Shown: positions 26,230 to 39,300 of the stretch, piece after piece
How positions within the stretch are numbered: the first letter of the stretch is position 1
Layout of the letters: every line of letters starts with the position of its first letter
Origin: the human T2T-CHM13v2.0 reference genome, Homo sapiens
Reading direction: 5' to 3' (one strand)
Length of the DNA: 64,000 nucleotides
Assembly (NCBI RefSeq): GCF_009914755.1
Contig: NC_060933.1
The notes under the pieces: generated by a model
Database searches by the model: none
Told to the model about the DNA's origin: nothing
What the model saw: only the letters and a program-made list of their open reading frames with translations
Program-made: the position numbers and the translations under genes

Positions 26230-27962
26230 GGTATGAATCAACTACACATAAAAATACAAACTTTGCAGTCACAACTTCATAGCACAGAACAATACCTCAC
26301 ACCCAATTTGCAAATCACAAAATTTGCTGTATGGTATATACTTTCTGGTATATAGTCTACAGGTATTGCTGAGAAACACTCTTGGTATTGTTAAATGACT
26401 GGTAAAAGTAATGCTTAGGAATTTCTCTCCCATTATAGAATTATTTGCTATTCATACAATATTATGGCTCATAACAACGTCATTTGGTATTCAAGCATGT
26501 CATATGGTCCTTCGTAGGTGTTCATACACACCTAAAATTAATTACTCTTTTTCCTCTTTTTGATGATAATTTAATGTGAAATACATTTGCACTAACAGAG
26601 CATCTACAATCCACCTGGTACGTGGGAACAAACACCATTCTCTAGCATCTGGATTACTAAGGCAAAGAGTTGTCTTTATAAAATTGTAATCTGGTTATGA
26701 GGATGAGCAAAAGCCTACAGAAAAATTGCATACCATTATAATTAGGATTCACTTAAATTAATATGAACTATATAAGTGAGATTTTGAAATGTAATATTGA
26801 GTGAAATAAAACGTGAGATGATGAAGTTTGAAGCTATTTATGTAACCTTAACATAAAAACACACATAACAATAATAAAACTTTGTAAGATTATAGCCACA
26901 TACACACACATATATAATATACACGCATATAGTACCTAAAAATAGATTGGAAGGGTTGAGGTTTTTTTTTTTAAATTTCAACTTTTATTTTAGATAAATG
27001 GAGATGTACAGGTTTTTTACGTGAGTATACTGAGTAATGCTGAGGTTTGTGGTACAAATCCCATCACCCAGATAGTGAGCATAGTACACAATAGGTAGTT
27101 TTTCCACCCATGCTCACCTCCCAGATCTCCCTCTCTAGTAATCTGAACTATCTATTGTTCCCATGCTTATGTCCATGTGGTACTCAATGTTTTTTTCCCC
27201 ACTTATAAGTGAGAACACGTGGTATACTGCTTTCTGCTCTTGCACTAATTCACTTAGAATAATGGCCTCCAGTTGCATGCATGTTGCTATAAACAATGTG
27301 ATTTCATTATTTTTTATGGCTGCGTGGTATTCCATGGTATATAGGTACCATATTTTCTTTATCCAATCCACCATTAATGGGCACCTAGGTTGATTCCATG
27401 TCTTTGCTATGGTTAATAGTGTGGTGATGAACATACAAGTGTATGTGTCCTTTGGATAGAATGATTTATTTTTATTTGGATGCATACACAGTAATGAGAG
27501 TGCTGGGTTGAATGGTAGCTCCATTTAAGTTCTTTGTGAAATCTCCACACTGCTTTCCACAGTGGATGAACTAATTTATGCTCCCACCAACAGTACATAA
27601 GTGTTCCCTTTTCTCTGCAGCCTCTCCAGCATCTGTTGTTTTTTGACTTTTTAATAATGCCATTCTGACTGATGCGAGATGGTGTCTCATTCTGGTTTGC
27701 ATTTGCATTTCTATGGTGATTAATGATAATTAGCATTTTCTCATATGTTGTTGGCCACTTGTAAGTCTTCTTTTGAGGAATGTCTGTTCATGTATTTTGC
27801 CCATTTTTAGTGGAGTTATTTGTTTTTTGCTTGTTGATTTCAGTTTCTTATAAATTCTTGATATAAGACCTTTGTTAGAAGCCTAGTTTGTGAACATTTT
27901 CTCCCATTCTGTAGGTTGTCTGTTTACTCTGTTGATGATTTCTTTTCCTGTCCAGAAGCCCC

Positions 27963-28082
27963 CCTTTATTTTTTGAGATGAAGTCTCACTCTGTCATCAA
28001 GGCTGCAGGGCAGTGGCGTGGTCTTGGCTCACTGCAACCTCCATCTCCCCGATTCAAGCAATTCTCCTGTCTCAGCCTCCCT
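27963..28082 (-). mobile_element. 5'-truncated Alu (part of right monomer) inserted in L1 ORF2
   Basis: TTTTTTGAGATGAAGTCTCACTCTGTC..CAAGCAATTCTCCTGTCTCAGCCTCC; GAAGC on both sides. Confidence 0.85.
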
Positions 28083-31000
28083 GGAAGCTCTTTAGTTTAA
28101 TTAGATTCCACTTGTGAATTTTGTTTTTCTTGCAATTACTTTTGGGGACTTAGCCAAAAATCATTTGCCAAGGCCAATGTTGAGAAGGAGATTTCCTAGG
28201 TTTGCTTATAGCATTTTATAGCTTGAGGTCTTCTATTTAAGTCTTTAATACATGATGGGATAATTTTTGTAGATGCTAAAATGTTAGGGTCCAGTTTCAT
28301 TCTTGTGTATATGGCTAGCCAGTTATCCCAGCACCATTTATTGAATACAGTGTCCTTTTCTCCATTACTTGTTTTTGTTGACTTCATAAAATATCAGATG
28401 GTTGTAGTTGTGTGGCATTATTTCTGAGTTTTCTATTCTGTTCCATTGGCTTATATATCTGTTTTTGTACCAGTAGCATGCTGTTTTGGTTACCGTAGCT
28501 GTATAATATAACTTGAAGTTGGGTAGTTTGATGCCTCAGGTTTGGTCTTTTTGCTTAAAATTGCTTTTAGTATTTGGGCCCTCTTTTGGTTCTATATGAA
28601 TTATAGAATTTTTTTCTGATTCTATGAAGAATGACATTGGTAGTTTGATAAAAATAGCATTGGCTCTGTAAATTACTCTGGGCAGCATTGCCATCTTAAT
28701 GATATTGATTCTTCCAATCCATGAGCATGGAATGTTTTTCCATTTATTTGTGTCATCTCCGATTTCTTTCAGCAGTATTTTACAATTCTCCTTGTAGAGA
28801 TTTTTCATCCCCTTAGTTAGATATATTCCTAGATATTTCATAATCTTTCTGGCTATTGTAAGTGTGGTTGTGGTTTTGATTTGACTCTCAGCCTGGACAT
28901 TATTGGTGTACAGAAATGCTGCTGGTTTTTCTACATTGATTTTGAATCCTGAAACTTTACTAGAGTCATTTATCACTTCTAGGAGCCTTTGGTAGAGTCT
29001 TTAGGGTTTTCCAGGTATAGAATCATATTATTGGTGAAGATAGATAATTTGACTTCTTTTTCTATTTAGAGGCGTTTTATTTCCTTCTCTTGCCTGATTG
29101 CCCTGGCTAGGACTTCTAGCACTATGTTGAATAGGGATAGTGACAATGGGCATCGTTGTCTTGTTCTAGTTTCTAGGGGGAATGCTTCTGGCTTTTGCCT
29201 GTTCAGTATGATGTTAGCTGTGGGTTTGTCATAGATGGCTCTTATTATTTTGAGATGTGTTCTTTTGATGTTGCATCTGTTGAGGGTTTTTATCATGAAG
29301 AAATGTTGGATTTTATGGAAAGCTTTTTTTGTACCTATTGAGATGATCATATGGTCTCTGTTTTTAATTCTGTTTATGTGGTGGATCACATACATTGATT
29401 TGTGTAGGTTGAACCAGCCTTGCATCCCAGGAATAAAGCCTACTTGATCATGGTGAATTTGGATTTTTGATATGCTGCTAGATTCATTTTGCTAGTATTT
29501 TGTTGAAGATTTTTGTATCTATGTTAACATGGGTATTGGCCTGAAGTTTTCTTTTTTCTTTGCGTCTATTCCAGACTTTGGTTTCAGGCTGATGCTGGCT
29601 TCATAAAATAAGTTAGAGAGGCGCTCCTCCTCCTCAATTTTTGGGAACAGTTTCTGTAGGATTGGACCAGCTCTTCTTTTTATGTATGGTAGAATTCAGC
29701 TGTGAATCCATCTGTTCCAGGGCTTTTTTTGGTTGGTAGATTTTTTATTACTGATTCAGTTTCAGAGCTTGATATTGGTCTGTTTAGGATTTCAATCTCT
29801 TCCTGATTTAATCTTGAGAGATTGTATGTTTCCAGGAATTTATCCATTTCCTCTAAATTTCTTAATTTTTGTACTTAGAGTTATTCATATTATTCTCCAA
29901 GGATCTTTTGTATTTCTGAGGAATTAGTTATAATGTTATCTTTGTCATTTCTGATTGTCCTTATTTTAATCTTCTCTTTTTTTCTCTTTTAATCTAGCTA
30001 GTTGTGTATTATTCTGGCTATTTTTTTTTCAAAAAACAAGCTCTTGTTTTCATTGATCTTTTGTATGGATTTGTACATCTCAATTTTCTTCAGCTCTTCT
30101 CTAATTTTAGTTGTTTTTCTTCTACTAGCTTTGTTCTTTTTTTTCTAGTTTCTTTAGGTGCAAATTAGATTGTTTAGATCTTTCTAATTTCTTGATGGTG
30201 TTTAGTGTTACAAACTTTCCTCTTGACATTACTTTAGCTGCATTCTAGAGAGTTTGGTAAATTATGTCACTATTTTTTTAGTTTCAAATAATTTTTTGAT
30301 TTCTGCCTTAATTTTCATGTTCGCTCAAGGAGTTATTCAGGAATAAGTTGTTTAATTTCCATGTATTTGTTTAGTTTGGGGAGATCTTGATATTGATTTC
30401 AATTTTTATTGCACTTTGGCCCAAGAGTGTGCTTGGTATTATTTCAATTAGAAAATGATTTTATTGAGACTTGCTTCATTGTTCAGCATGTAGTCAATCT
30501 TAGAATATGTTTTGTGTGCAGATAAGAAGAATGTATTTTTTATGGAGTTTAGTAGAGTGTTCTATAGATTACTATTAGGTCCAATTGATCAAGTGCTAAG
30601 TTTAAGTCCAGAGTTTCCTTGTTAGTTTTCTGCCTCAGTGATCTGTTTAATGCTGTCAGTAGGGGGTTGAAGTCTCCCATTATTATTGTGTGGTTCTCTA
30701 AGTGTTTTCACAGGTCCAGAATGACTCGTTTTATGAATCTGGGTATTCCATTATTGGGCATGTATATATTGAGGATACCTAAGTCTTCTTGTTGGATTAT
30801 CACTTTATCATTATACAGTGCCTTTCTTTGTCCGTAATTTTAATTGATTTATAGTCTGCTTTATCTGATATAAGAATAGCAACTCCTGCTCTTTTTTTTC
30901 CCATTTTCATGGTAGATCTTTCTCCATCCCTTTACTTTGAGCCTGTGGGTGTCAGTGTCAATATGTCTGAGATGGGTCTCTTGAAGATAGCAGATTGTCG

Positions 31001-32330
31001 GGTCTTGGCTTTTTCTCCAGCTTGCTCCTCTATTTATTTTAAGGAACTGTTTAGGCCATTTCCATTGATAATTAGTATTGATATGTCAAATTTGATCTTG
31101 TCATTGTGTTGTTAGATGGTTGTTATGTAGACTTAATCATGTAGCTGCTTTATAGTGCCTGTGGGCTATGTTCTTAAGTGTCTTTTTGTGGTAGTAGGTG
31201 TTGTTGTTTTGTTTTCTGGCTTAGCTTTCCCTTAAAGACCTCTTGTATGGTTGGTCTACCTGAAAAAATTTCCCTCAATGTTTGCTTGTCTGAGAAAGAT
31301 TTTATTTCTCTTTCACTTACAAAGCTTAGTCTGCAGGATATGAAATTCTTAATTGGAATTCCTTTTCTTTAAGGATGCTGAAAATAGGATTCCAATCATT
31401 TTTGTCTTTTAAGATTTTTGCTGGGACTCCCTTTGTACATAACCTGATCCTTCTCTCTAACTGCCCTTAAGAAGTTTTTTCCATTGACCTTGGGGAATCT
31501 ATGTGGTCTGTGGATGGACCTCTTGTATAGTATGTAGCCAGGAATACCTGTATTTCTTGAATTTGAATGTCAACATCTCTAGCAAAATTAGTAAAATTTT
31601 CATGGCCTACATCCTCAAATATATTTTTCAGGTTGCTTATTCTCTCTCCTTCTCTCAGGAATGCCAATGAATCAGATTTCGTCTCTTTACAAAATCCCAT
31701 ATTTATCAAAAATTCTGTTTATTTTTTAATTTTTGTCCAGCTGATTTGATTTAAAGAACTGATCTTTGAGCTCTGAGTTTCTTTCCTCATCTTGGTCTAT
31801 TCTACTATTGACACTACTGATTGTATTATAAAAGTCTTTTAGTTTTGTAGCTCTGGAAGTTCAGTTTGGTTCTTTCTTGAAATGGCAATTTTTCTTTCCA
31901 CTCTTGGATTATTTTACTGGATTCCTTAGACTCCTCGGATGGGGTTTCAAGTTTCTCCTGAATCTTGATGAGCTTCTTTGCCATCCAGATCCTGAATTCT
32001 ATGTATGTTATTTCAGTCATTTCAGACTGGCTGAGAACAACTGCTGTAAGCTAGTGGACTTGTTTGGAGGTAGAGGGACACTGGCGTTTTAGGAATTCTT
32101 GCACTAATTCTTTCTCTTCTAGGAGGATTGGTGTCCCTTAAACTGAGGCATACATTGATTACAGTCAGTAGGCTTCATTTCTTGATGTTTTCAGAAGTCC
32201 AGGGCTTTGTACAGGATCATTTGAGGCTGAATTATTGTCCTTGGTTTCATAGAGAGGTATATTAGCAAAATATTTTTGGTATTATAGTTTGGACTATGAT
32301 CCAGTAGATGGCACTTAATAGTAACGGGTG

Positions 32331-32453
32331 AGATGAGATCCAGTGCGTTCAGCGTGGTATGGCCGTAGACAAACCTACAGCACCTAGTATTCCCAGGTGG
32401 TCTCCCATCCAAGTACTAACCAGGCCCAACCCTACTTAACTTCGGAGATCAGA
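32331..32453 (-). pseudogene. 5S rRNA retro-pseudogene, circularly permuted (nt 38-120 followed by nt 1-40)
   Basis: 32371-32453 = reverse complement of 5S nt 38-120 (8 mismatches, ungapped); 32331-32370 = reverse complement of nt 1-40 (5 mismatches); compared by hand to recalled human 5S; then GG+A10; TSD-like AACGGGTG/AATGGGTG. Confidence 0.93.
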
Positions 32454-33704
32454 GGAAAAAAAAAATGGGTGGCAGGTAGGGTTTTATTCAGCCATGTGGC
32501 TCCTTTGTATCTCCTCATGTTTGCAGCCATGTTCTGTGGTGCAGGGGGTAGAGAGCTGATACCCTCACCAGGTCAGCTCCTGGGTCTTGGGGAGCACCCT
32601 CCAATCACTGGCACTGCACCCACATTTCTTCTGTTAGGTGTCCAGTCTGCAGGGATCCCTTGGCAGAGACCACAGGAAGGAAATAGGCAGGCCCTACAGA
32701 GGGAGACATGCCCTGCTCCCATTCCAGCCCACGAACCTGCACGTCTCACTCCTCTCAGTCCTCTGAGAGTATGGACTCCTCTCCTGCTTGAGTGCCAGTC
32801 ATAGATATTGGCTCAACATTCCCAAACTATGTGCCACAGACCTGGGACGCTGGGATTGGCTCACAGATCCATCCTCTGGACTGTTGCAGATGAGTTCACG
32901 GTATGCTGGGGAATTCAAAGTGCTCCCAGACCACTGGGAAAGTAATCAGGTAGAGCAAATCACCAAGGCTGGGCAGCAGAGGCTGTGCTATGCTCATACT
33001 CCTGCAGGGTGGCCAGATAGTGACTCTGAAGAGGGCTGGAGGGCAAGAGGCCAAGAGGGCCTAGAGAACAGATGTGTCCCAGTCCCATGAGGAAGTTGGC
33101 TCTGCTCTCTCCTGGCCTAGCAGTCAGCTGGGCTAGAGCTTCTTGGAGGAAGATGGAGAGCCTTGGGGAATGGGAGCCTATGGCCACACTCCACCAGAGC
33201 TGCACCATTCACAGAGGCCAATGGTTCCACACTGGCTGAAACCATGTCTCTGCTTACTCTCTGGGAAAATCTCTCTGTCAGCTCAAACATCGATGGACCA
33301 CATGGGGCCTCCTGTAGCCATAATCCCAGAGGTCTGTGGAGAGGATAGGCAGTACCACAGTCCCTTCACTCACTCATTCCTCAGGGGCATTTCAAGGCTA
33401 GGAACTAGATTCAGTGTTTGGGTACCCCATGCAGGGTTCCCAGATTCCTCTCTCCTTAAACTCAGTGTCTGCATCTCCATCCATTTTCAGTGTTTTCTCT
33501 CTGAAGATCTGTCCAAGTTATTAATATACTGGCTTACTCAAAACCTTGGTCTCTCTCAGTTGGAGCAGCACCTCCTGGCTGTGTCTAGTTGACGATCTTG
33601 TTACCCTCCTTTCCCAGAAAAGATTAAATTACACTCATGGTAAGGATTATTTGAAAAGGGAGAAGGAGATATGGGTTTAGCATGATAATAAAAGGGGACT
33701 TCAG

Positions 33705-33751
33705 ATATATCTACATCTATGTATCTATCAATCTATTATCTATCTATCTAT
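33705..33751. repeat. Degenerate (CTAT)n microsatellite
   Basis: ATATCTACATCTATGTATCTATCAATCTATTATCTATCTATCTA. Confidence 0.7.
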
Positions 33752-34502
33752 TTTAAAAGACTAGAAACAACTATATGAATATGATAATAGTTAATTCTTG
33801 ACCATAGGAATATATATTTATAACTTTTATGTTTTTACAACTCTAAAACCATACAACTTTCAGAAACTTCAGTCCTATTATTTCCACGCAAGTTTTTGTT
33901 AGAACTAAAATAACTCAATAGCACTAAAAGTAACCAGACAATAGTTAGACATATCTTTAGCTATGGCCATGAAAACATCTTTGTATGAAGCTGTATCCAG
34001 ATCAATCTCTCTAATGTGATATTTTGGACTTTATGTATAAAGGTTGGAGACTCAGATATGGTAATGCCTTTCTTGCACCTAAATATTTATAAAAGATAAA
34101 AATATACTAGTTGCAAGAAAAAATTTTAAATGTCATAACACTTAGGAAGCCTGAACTCTCACTCAAGCCATGCTTTCACTCTTGTACACTGGGAGGTGGG
34201 CCCAATCACTGATGGTCTCTAAAGGCCTTTTCCAACCTGTGTTATGCAATAGTATTCATGGAAGATTCCATTCCACCCTTATCCGGGATTAGGGGATTCT
34301 TTATAAATTTCCCTAGAATTTGATAGGAAGTAGAAAAGATATGATCCAACATATTCTAAATACTGTGAATCTAACATTTTATATATGTTACTTATTTGGT
34401 GTTTAAGGCAACCCTAAAATGTAAATACTGTTTTCTTCATTATTGCAATAAAGAATGGAGAAGTATGGAATTCAAACAATAACTAGAATACAGTTATTGT
34501 CT

Positions 34503-35195
34503 GGGGTTTCTCAAAAAGCTAAAAATAGAACTACCATATGATCCAGCAATCCCACTGCTGGGCATATATTCAAAGGAAAGAAAATTAGTACCTCAAGGAG
34601 ATACCTGTGCTCCTGTACTTATTGCAGCACCATCCACAGTAGCCAAGATATGGAGTTAATCCAGTGTCCAACAATGCATTAATAAGGAAAATATGGTATA
34701 TATATATATACACACACACACACAATGGAATGCTATTTAGCCATAAAAAAAGAATGAAAGCCTGTCATCATGGCAACATGAAATGTTATGTTAGGTGAAA
34801 TCAGTCAGGCACAGAAAGATAAATACCACATGTTCTTACTCATACATGGAAGCTAAAAAAGTTGATTTCATTGAAGTAGAGAGTAGAGTAGCAGTTACTA
34901 CAGGATGGAGGGGCAGAAGAAAAGGGGATTAGGGAGAGGTTAGTTAACATATACAAAATTACAGATAGATAGGAGGAATCAGTTCCAGTGTTTAACGGTA
35001 GTGTAACTATAGAAAACAATATTGTATTTTTCAAAATTGCTAGAATAGGGGATTTTGAATGTTATCAACATAAGAAAATGATAAATATTTGAGGTGATAT
35101 ATATGCTAGTTACCCTTATTTGATCACTGTGTGAGTGCACTGAAATATCATACGGTATCCTATAAATATGTACAATTATTATGCATCAATTAAGT
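34503..35195 (+). mobile_element. L1MA (L1MA4/5-like) 3' fragment
   Basis: AATAGAACTACCATATGATCCAGCAATCCCACTGCTGGG..AAAATTACAGATAGATAGGAGGAAT..ATAAATATGTACAATTATTATG. Confidence 0.88.
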
Positions 35196-36259
35196 ATATA
35201 CATATATATTTAAAAACTGTTAAAAATGACAGGTCTTGTCTAACTCCCAAGCCTATTATACAGGAATGTGCTTTCAGAGTTCACATTTATCAAGCTGGTT
35301 ACTGGAATTCATAGAGAGATTTGAATGTAATATAATGTTATCTTCTTACCCCTTCTAATTTAGCTGCCTATGAAACAATGGTGACATATTTCAGTATAGA
35401 GAAGGTGTTCAAAAAGAGGGCAGTAGAGTTGGTTTAAAAAAATATTTTCATGTCATTCTGATAGACCCTCCTCCTGCTTCTACACTATTGAAAATCTCTC
35501 TTTCAAAGAAAAAAGTTAGAAGCAGGGCTCTCTAAACACATTATAATCATCTAGTGGCACTGGAAATAGGTAAATGACAAGGTGACTGAGCAAATGCAAG
35601 ACCTTCCAGTTCACTGAAAGCTGATAGCTATTTTGCACACTTTTGCCCACCATTTGCACAAGCCAAGGGAGCAATTGATGACTTAAGTGTAATCTGCTTG
35701 GGTACCAACCCAGACACATACCTATTCCTCATGAGTGTAATTGAACCTCATTTGATGGGCAGAGTGGGGAAACAGTTCAGTAAAACTTATGGGACTCATC
35801 TCTACAATTAACTTCAAAGATAACTTTACATGGAGACAGGTAAAATTATGGCAAGATAATTGGGTCAATTCAAGTTGTTGGTTTCTGGAGCAGGTATTTA
35901 AGAAAGCAAAATAAAATCATAATTTAACTGTATCATTGAAAGGGGGCTATTTGGAATGTTTTGAATTTGACTTTTAACATAAAATTCTTGCAAATGTATT
36001 ACAAAACCTTATAGGTGGCCATTTTAACTAACGATGTAAAAGAAATACATAAGTTTATGTTTTTAGCACTTTACATTTTTATCTAAATAAAAAGATTTAT
36101 TGAACTTAGGTTCAAATTTTATTCATCCTTATTGAATCATGTCATGAGTTCTCCAATGTTATATGATTTAGGTTTCCTTTATTATTGTTTTCATATTTTA
36201 CTTGAAAAGTTGAGGTTATTAAATATAGCTGTTTTCCAGTGAATAATCCAGCTCTCAAT

Positions 36260-36392
36260 ACATGTCTACATCTTGGCTAGTTCCCAATCTAATTAAATCA
36301 GAACCCCTGCAGATGGAACCCAGGCAATTGGCCTTTACAAATGACACCAGGTGCAGCCAATTCTAATGTGCAACCAATGTAGAGAACTACTG
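36260..36392. mobile_element. MER5-type hAT MITE fragment
   Basis: AATCAGAACCCCTGCAGATGGAACCCAGG..ATTCTAATGTGCAACCAATGTAGAGAACTACTG. Confidence 0.65.
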
Positions 36393-38516
36393 TTGTATTT
36401 ATCATTGCACTGACTATTTGAAGCTTTCCACCTAGCTAGTGTTTACATTGTTGCTATTCTCTCCACAAGCATCTCCAAGCAGCTAACTTTGTCCCATTGA
36501 AAAGATAAAGGAAAGTAACTAAAAAGCACCTAACTATAACTAGCTTCACTGGAGTAAACTTAAAGAGGTGGACAAATCCCTAAGAAGAGATCCAATGTAT
36601 TGTTTGATTTCTCCTCTAGTAGTCTATTTTACTAGTAAAGTATTTTAACACATTGTTTAATAACCCAACATTTCTCTACTGAAGGTAAGCAGTATTTCTG
36701 ACATAAGAGACACTGTCCTCTCCCAATATTTTATATTTAATTATTAGCAGCTGTAAAAAGTATGTACTTCAGATGCTGTGTTTCAAATGACCCTTACAGT
36801 GGTATATGAAATGTACTATCTACTATCCAGCCAAAGTGAATCTCACCTTATTCCATAAGAACATTAAGCTACACATAACATATGTTATTACATGTGTACC
36901 ATTCTTAGATTAGAATTTTCTATTTGTTTATAATTATCCCAAGCACCACTGGCAAATTAAACATTATATTATGTTTATATATTATTATAATTGTAATTAT
37001 AAAGTTTTAAATTTTTTTGAAAAGTGGATAACTGACATGTTATTACTATATTATCAGATATACATATAAGTATATGCAAAATACATATTAGCTCAATACA
37101 ATTGTGAGAAAAATTTATTGAAGAGTAGATATGGCAGAGTCACATTTCTATGACAGAGAGTAAAATCATGGCGGGAACATCATAAATAATATACACCAAA
37201 ATATTACCAAAGTAGAGAGATTCGAATAATTATTTCTTGTGTGTATTGCTTCTCTGTGATTTCTATTATTTCTACAATCTTAATTATTGTGTAGTTAAAA
37301 ATTTTAAGTCTTTCTTAACTAATATAAAGAATTACATTGGAAACATTCTGTGTTATATTTATCTCTGTTTCTTGGTAAAAACAAGATTTAGATGTTGTTT
37401 GTAGAAATCAAATTAAATTATACATTATTTAAATTAAAGAATATTCCAAAACTCAATGTAATGCTTCCCTATTCTTCTAAGGTCCACCCCTATTTATATG
37501 ATGCCTAACACTGGAAATTAATGAAAAGTCTATGATTATTACTACTATTTGCACACACCACACACATTAGCACTATTATGAAAGAAGCCTCAGTGTTTTT
37601 GTCAATGGAGTGCATAATGCAACCAGTCCCTTGAAAATTATTTGTAATTCTCTGAGTTCTTCAAAAAAATGTTTAGTTACATACACAAAACTCATTTCAA
37701 AGCCCTTCTTGCTCATGATTTGAGTTGGCTGTACAGTAGCTGGCACAATATTCAGAGAATAAGAAAGATAATTCTTAAATTTTTAGCATTCTGCTTTATT
37801 TTTGCAGATATATAAAATATTTTTATATATCAAATATCAGTATAAATTCTGATTGCTCACCTAACATGCAAGGACTGCCTTGAGTGACAAAAACCATAAT
37901 GGTCTCTAACTTGCATAAGATTTTCTATAATTTATGTTTCTAACCAAGTAAGTTTAAGATCACTACCTAAACATCTACCTTTGATTTATCTTTCAGAGAA
38001 TTCCTCACTCGTGCATTGCTGGAAACCCCTTTGAATCCACAGATACCCTTTTGATGTCTATACATCACTATTTTAATTGCTACTAAGTCAATTATCCTAT
38101 GAAAATACATTATACATACAGAGCTCACTTTTCCTCTTCACTCTCATATTAAATTGGTGGAGGGGAGGGGAATGGACTATATTAGGAAATCATTCATGAA
38201 ACACTGAAAAATGCAGTTACTGTTGCTGGGCATCCGAGCACTACAGACCTTAAACTGATCCCCAAATTGTCATCAATAACCATTTTCTAAAGACACTTTA
38301 TTTATCTACCAATAAGTTAAAAATAATATTTATTGGGAGGTGGAGACAACATGGTTCACAGTCAAAACTCACTAATAGAGGTGCATTGTTCTCCACTGAA
38401 ATGCAAAGAAGTGCGAAAAGTACAGTGAGACAACTTTGATAAGTTCAGCCTAAAAGAGAGATGGCCATACTATTAAAATACACATGAAAAATCAATTCCA
38501 AATAAAATTAAATATT

Positions 38517-39134
38517 TGTGTTTGGGTTTCTTCCAGAGTCTGAAGCAAAACTTACTTGCTAATCTTTTGTGAGGTATAATTACAGGGGATAAAGAATGAA
38601 GTACAAAGAGAAGTGAGGTAGGCATGCAAGGAAATTAAATGAAAGGTGGTAGGTTACTAAATTTACTATAATCATATGAACATCACAGCTCCCATTCTGT
38701 TATATAACATCTCTGGAGGAGCTGTATGAAAATCACATGCCACCGAATAGTCAAGTCCATTAGGGGAGGAAGGTCATGGAACTTCCCTGTCATCTTTGTC
38801 CAGCACTGGTCAAAATACAGTCCATGTTAGGGCATTCTACCATGCTTCTTGATTGTGTTACCTGGCTCTTTCAGGAAGACTTTGAAGAAGCCATTGTCTC
38901 TGTGAATCAAGTTAGATTGGTCCAGATGCTAAAGTTGCTACAAATTCAGACATAATGAGTACTATGAAGCTTTCACGAGAGGCTGAGGCATCTGGGACCA
39001 TTTGGAAGTCAGCCAGTGATGATGGTGGATAGATACATACAGCAAGGAAACAAGGATAGTATGGATGCTGCAGTCATGCCAAACAAAATCTAGATAAGCA
39101 AATCTAGATTAGCAAAACCTCCACTGAGGGGTAC
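38517..39134 (-). mobile_element. Ancient ERVL-class LTR (LTR33/LTR16-like)
   Basis: TGTGTTTGGGTTTCTTCCAGAGTCTGAAGC start and CTGAGGGGTACA end resemble antisense LTR33/16 family; subfamily uncertain. Confidence 0.45.
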
Positions 39135-39274
39135 AAAATATAGATGAATTATACATATATTTGTATGTGTATGTATATAATTACATATATATATAATTCA
39201 CATATTATTGTATGTTATCTAACTTTGCTTTTCTACCCATACTACAACAAATTTAATTTCTCCTTTGTGTTCTC

Positions 39275-39300
39275 GTGTGTGTGTGTGTGTGTGTGAGTGT
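39275..39300. repeat. (TG)n microsatellite inside an inverted repeat
   Basis: About 10 GT units between TCCTTTGTGTTC and GAACACAAAGGA. Confidence 0.9.

Larger units (their letters stand above)
26962..33610 (-). mobile_element. Near full-length old primate L1 (L1PA15/16-like), inactivated
   Basis: Poly-T at left end; ORF2 fragments incl. RT region (29066-29425 [16 protein letters not shown]; 28536-28976 KYLGIYLT); ORF1 fragments 31467-31709, 31826-32020; 5' end CAAGATCGTCAACTAGACACAGCCAGG on minus strand near 33600; many stops. Confidence 0.92.

Noticed and set aside
27135-32020. ORFs with reverse transcriptase/ORF1 similarity as an active RT system
   Set aside because: Short fragments of one old L1 broken by many stops and frameshifts
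32331-32453. Functional 5S rRNA gene
   Set aside because: Permuted order, about 10% diverged, embedded in L1 with retroposition marks
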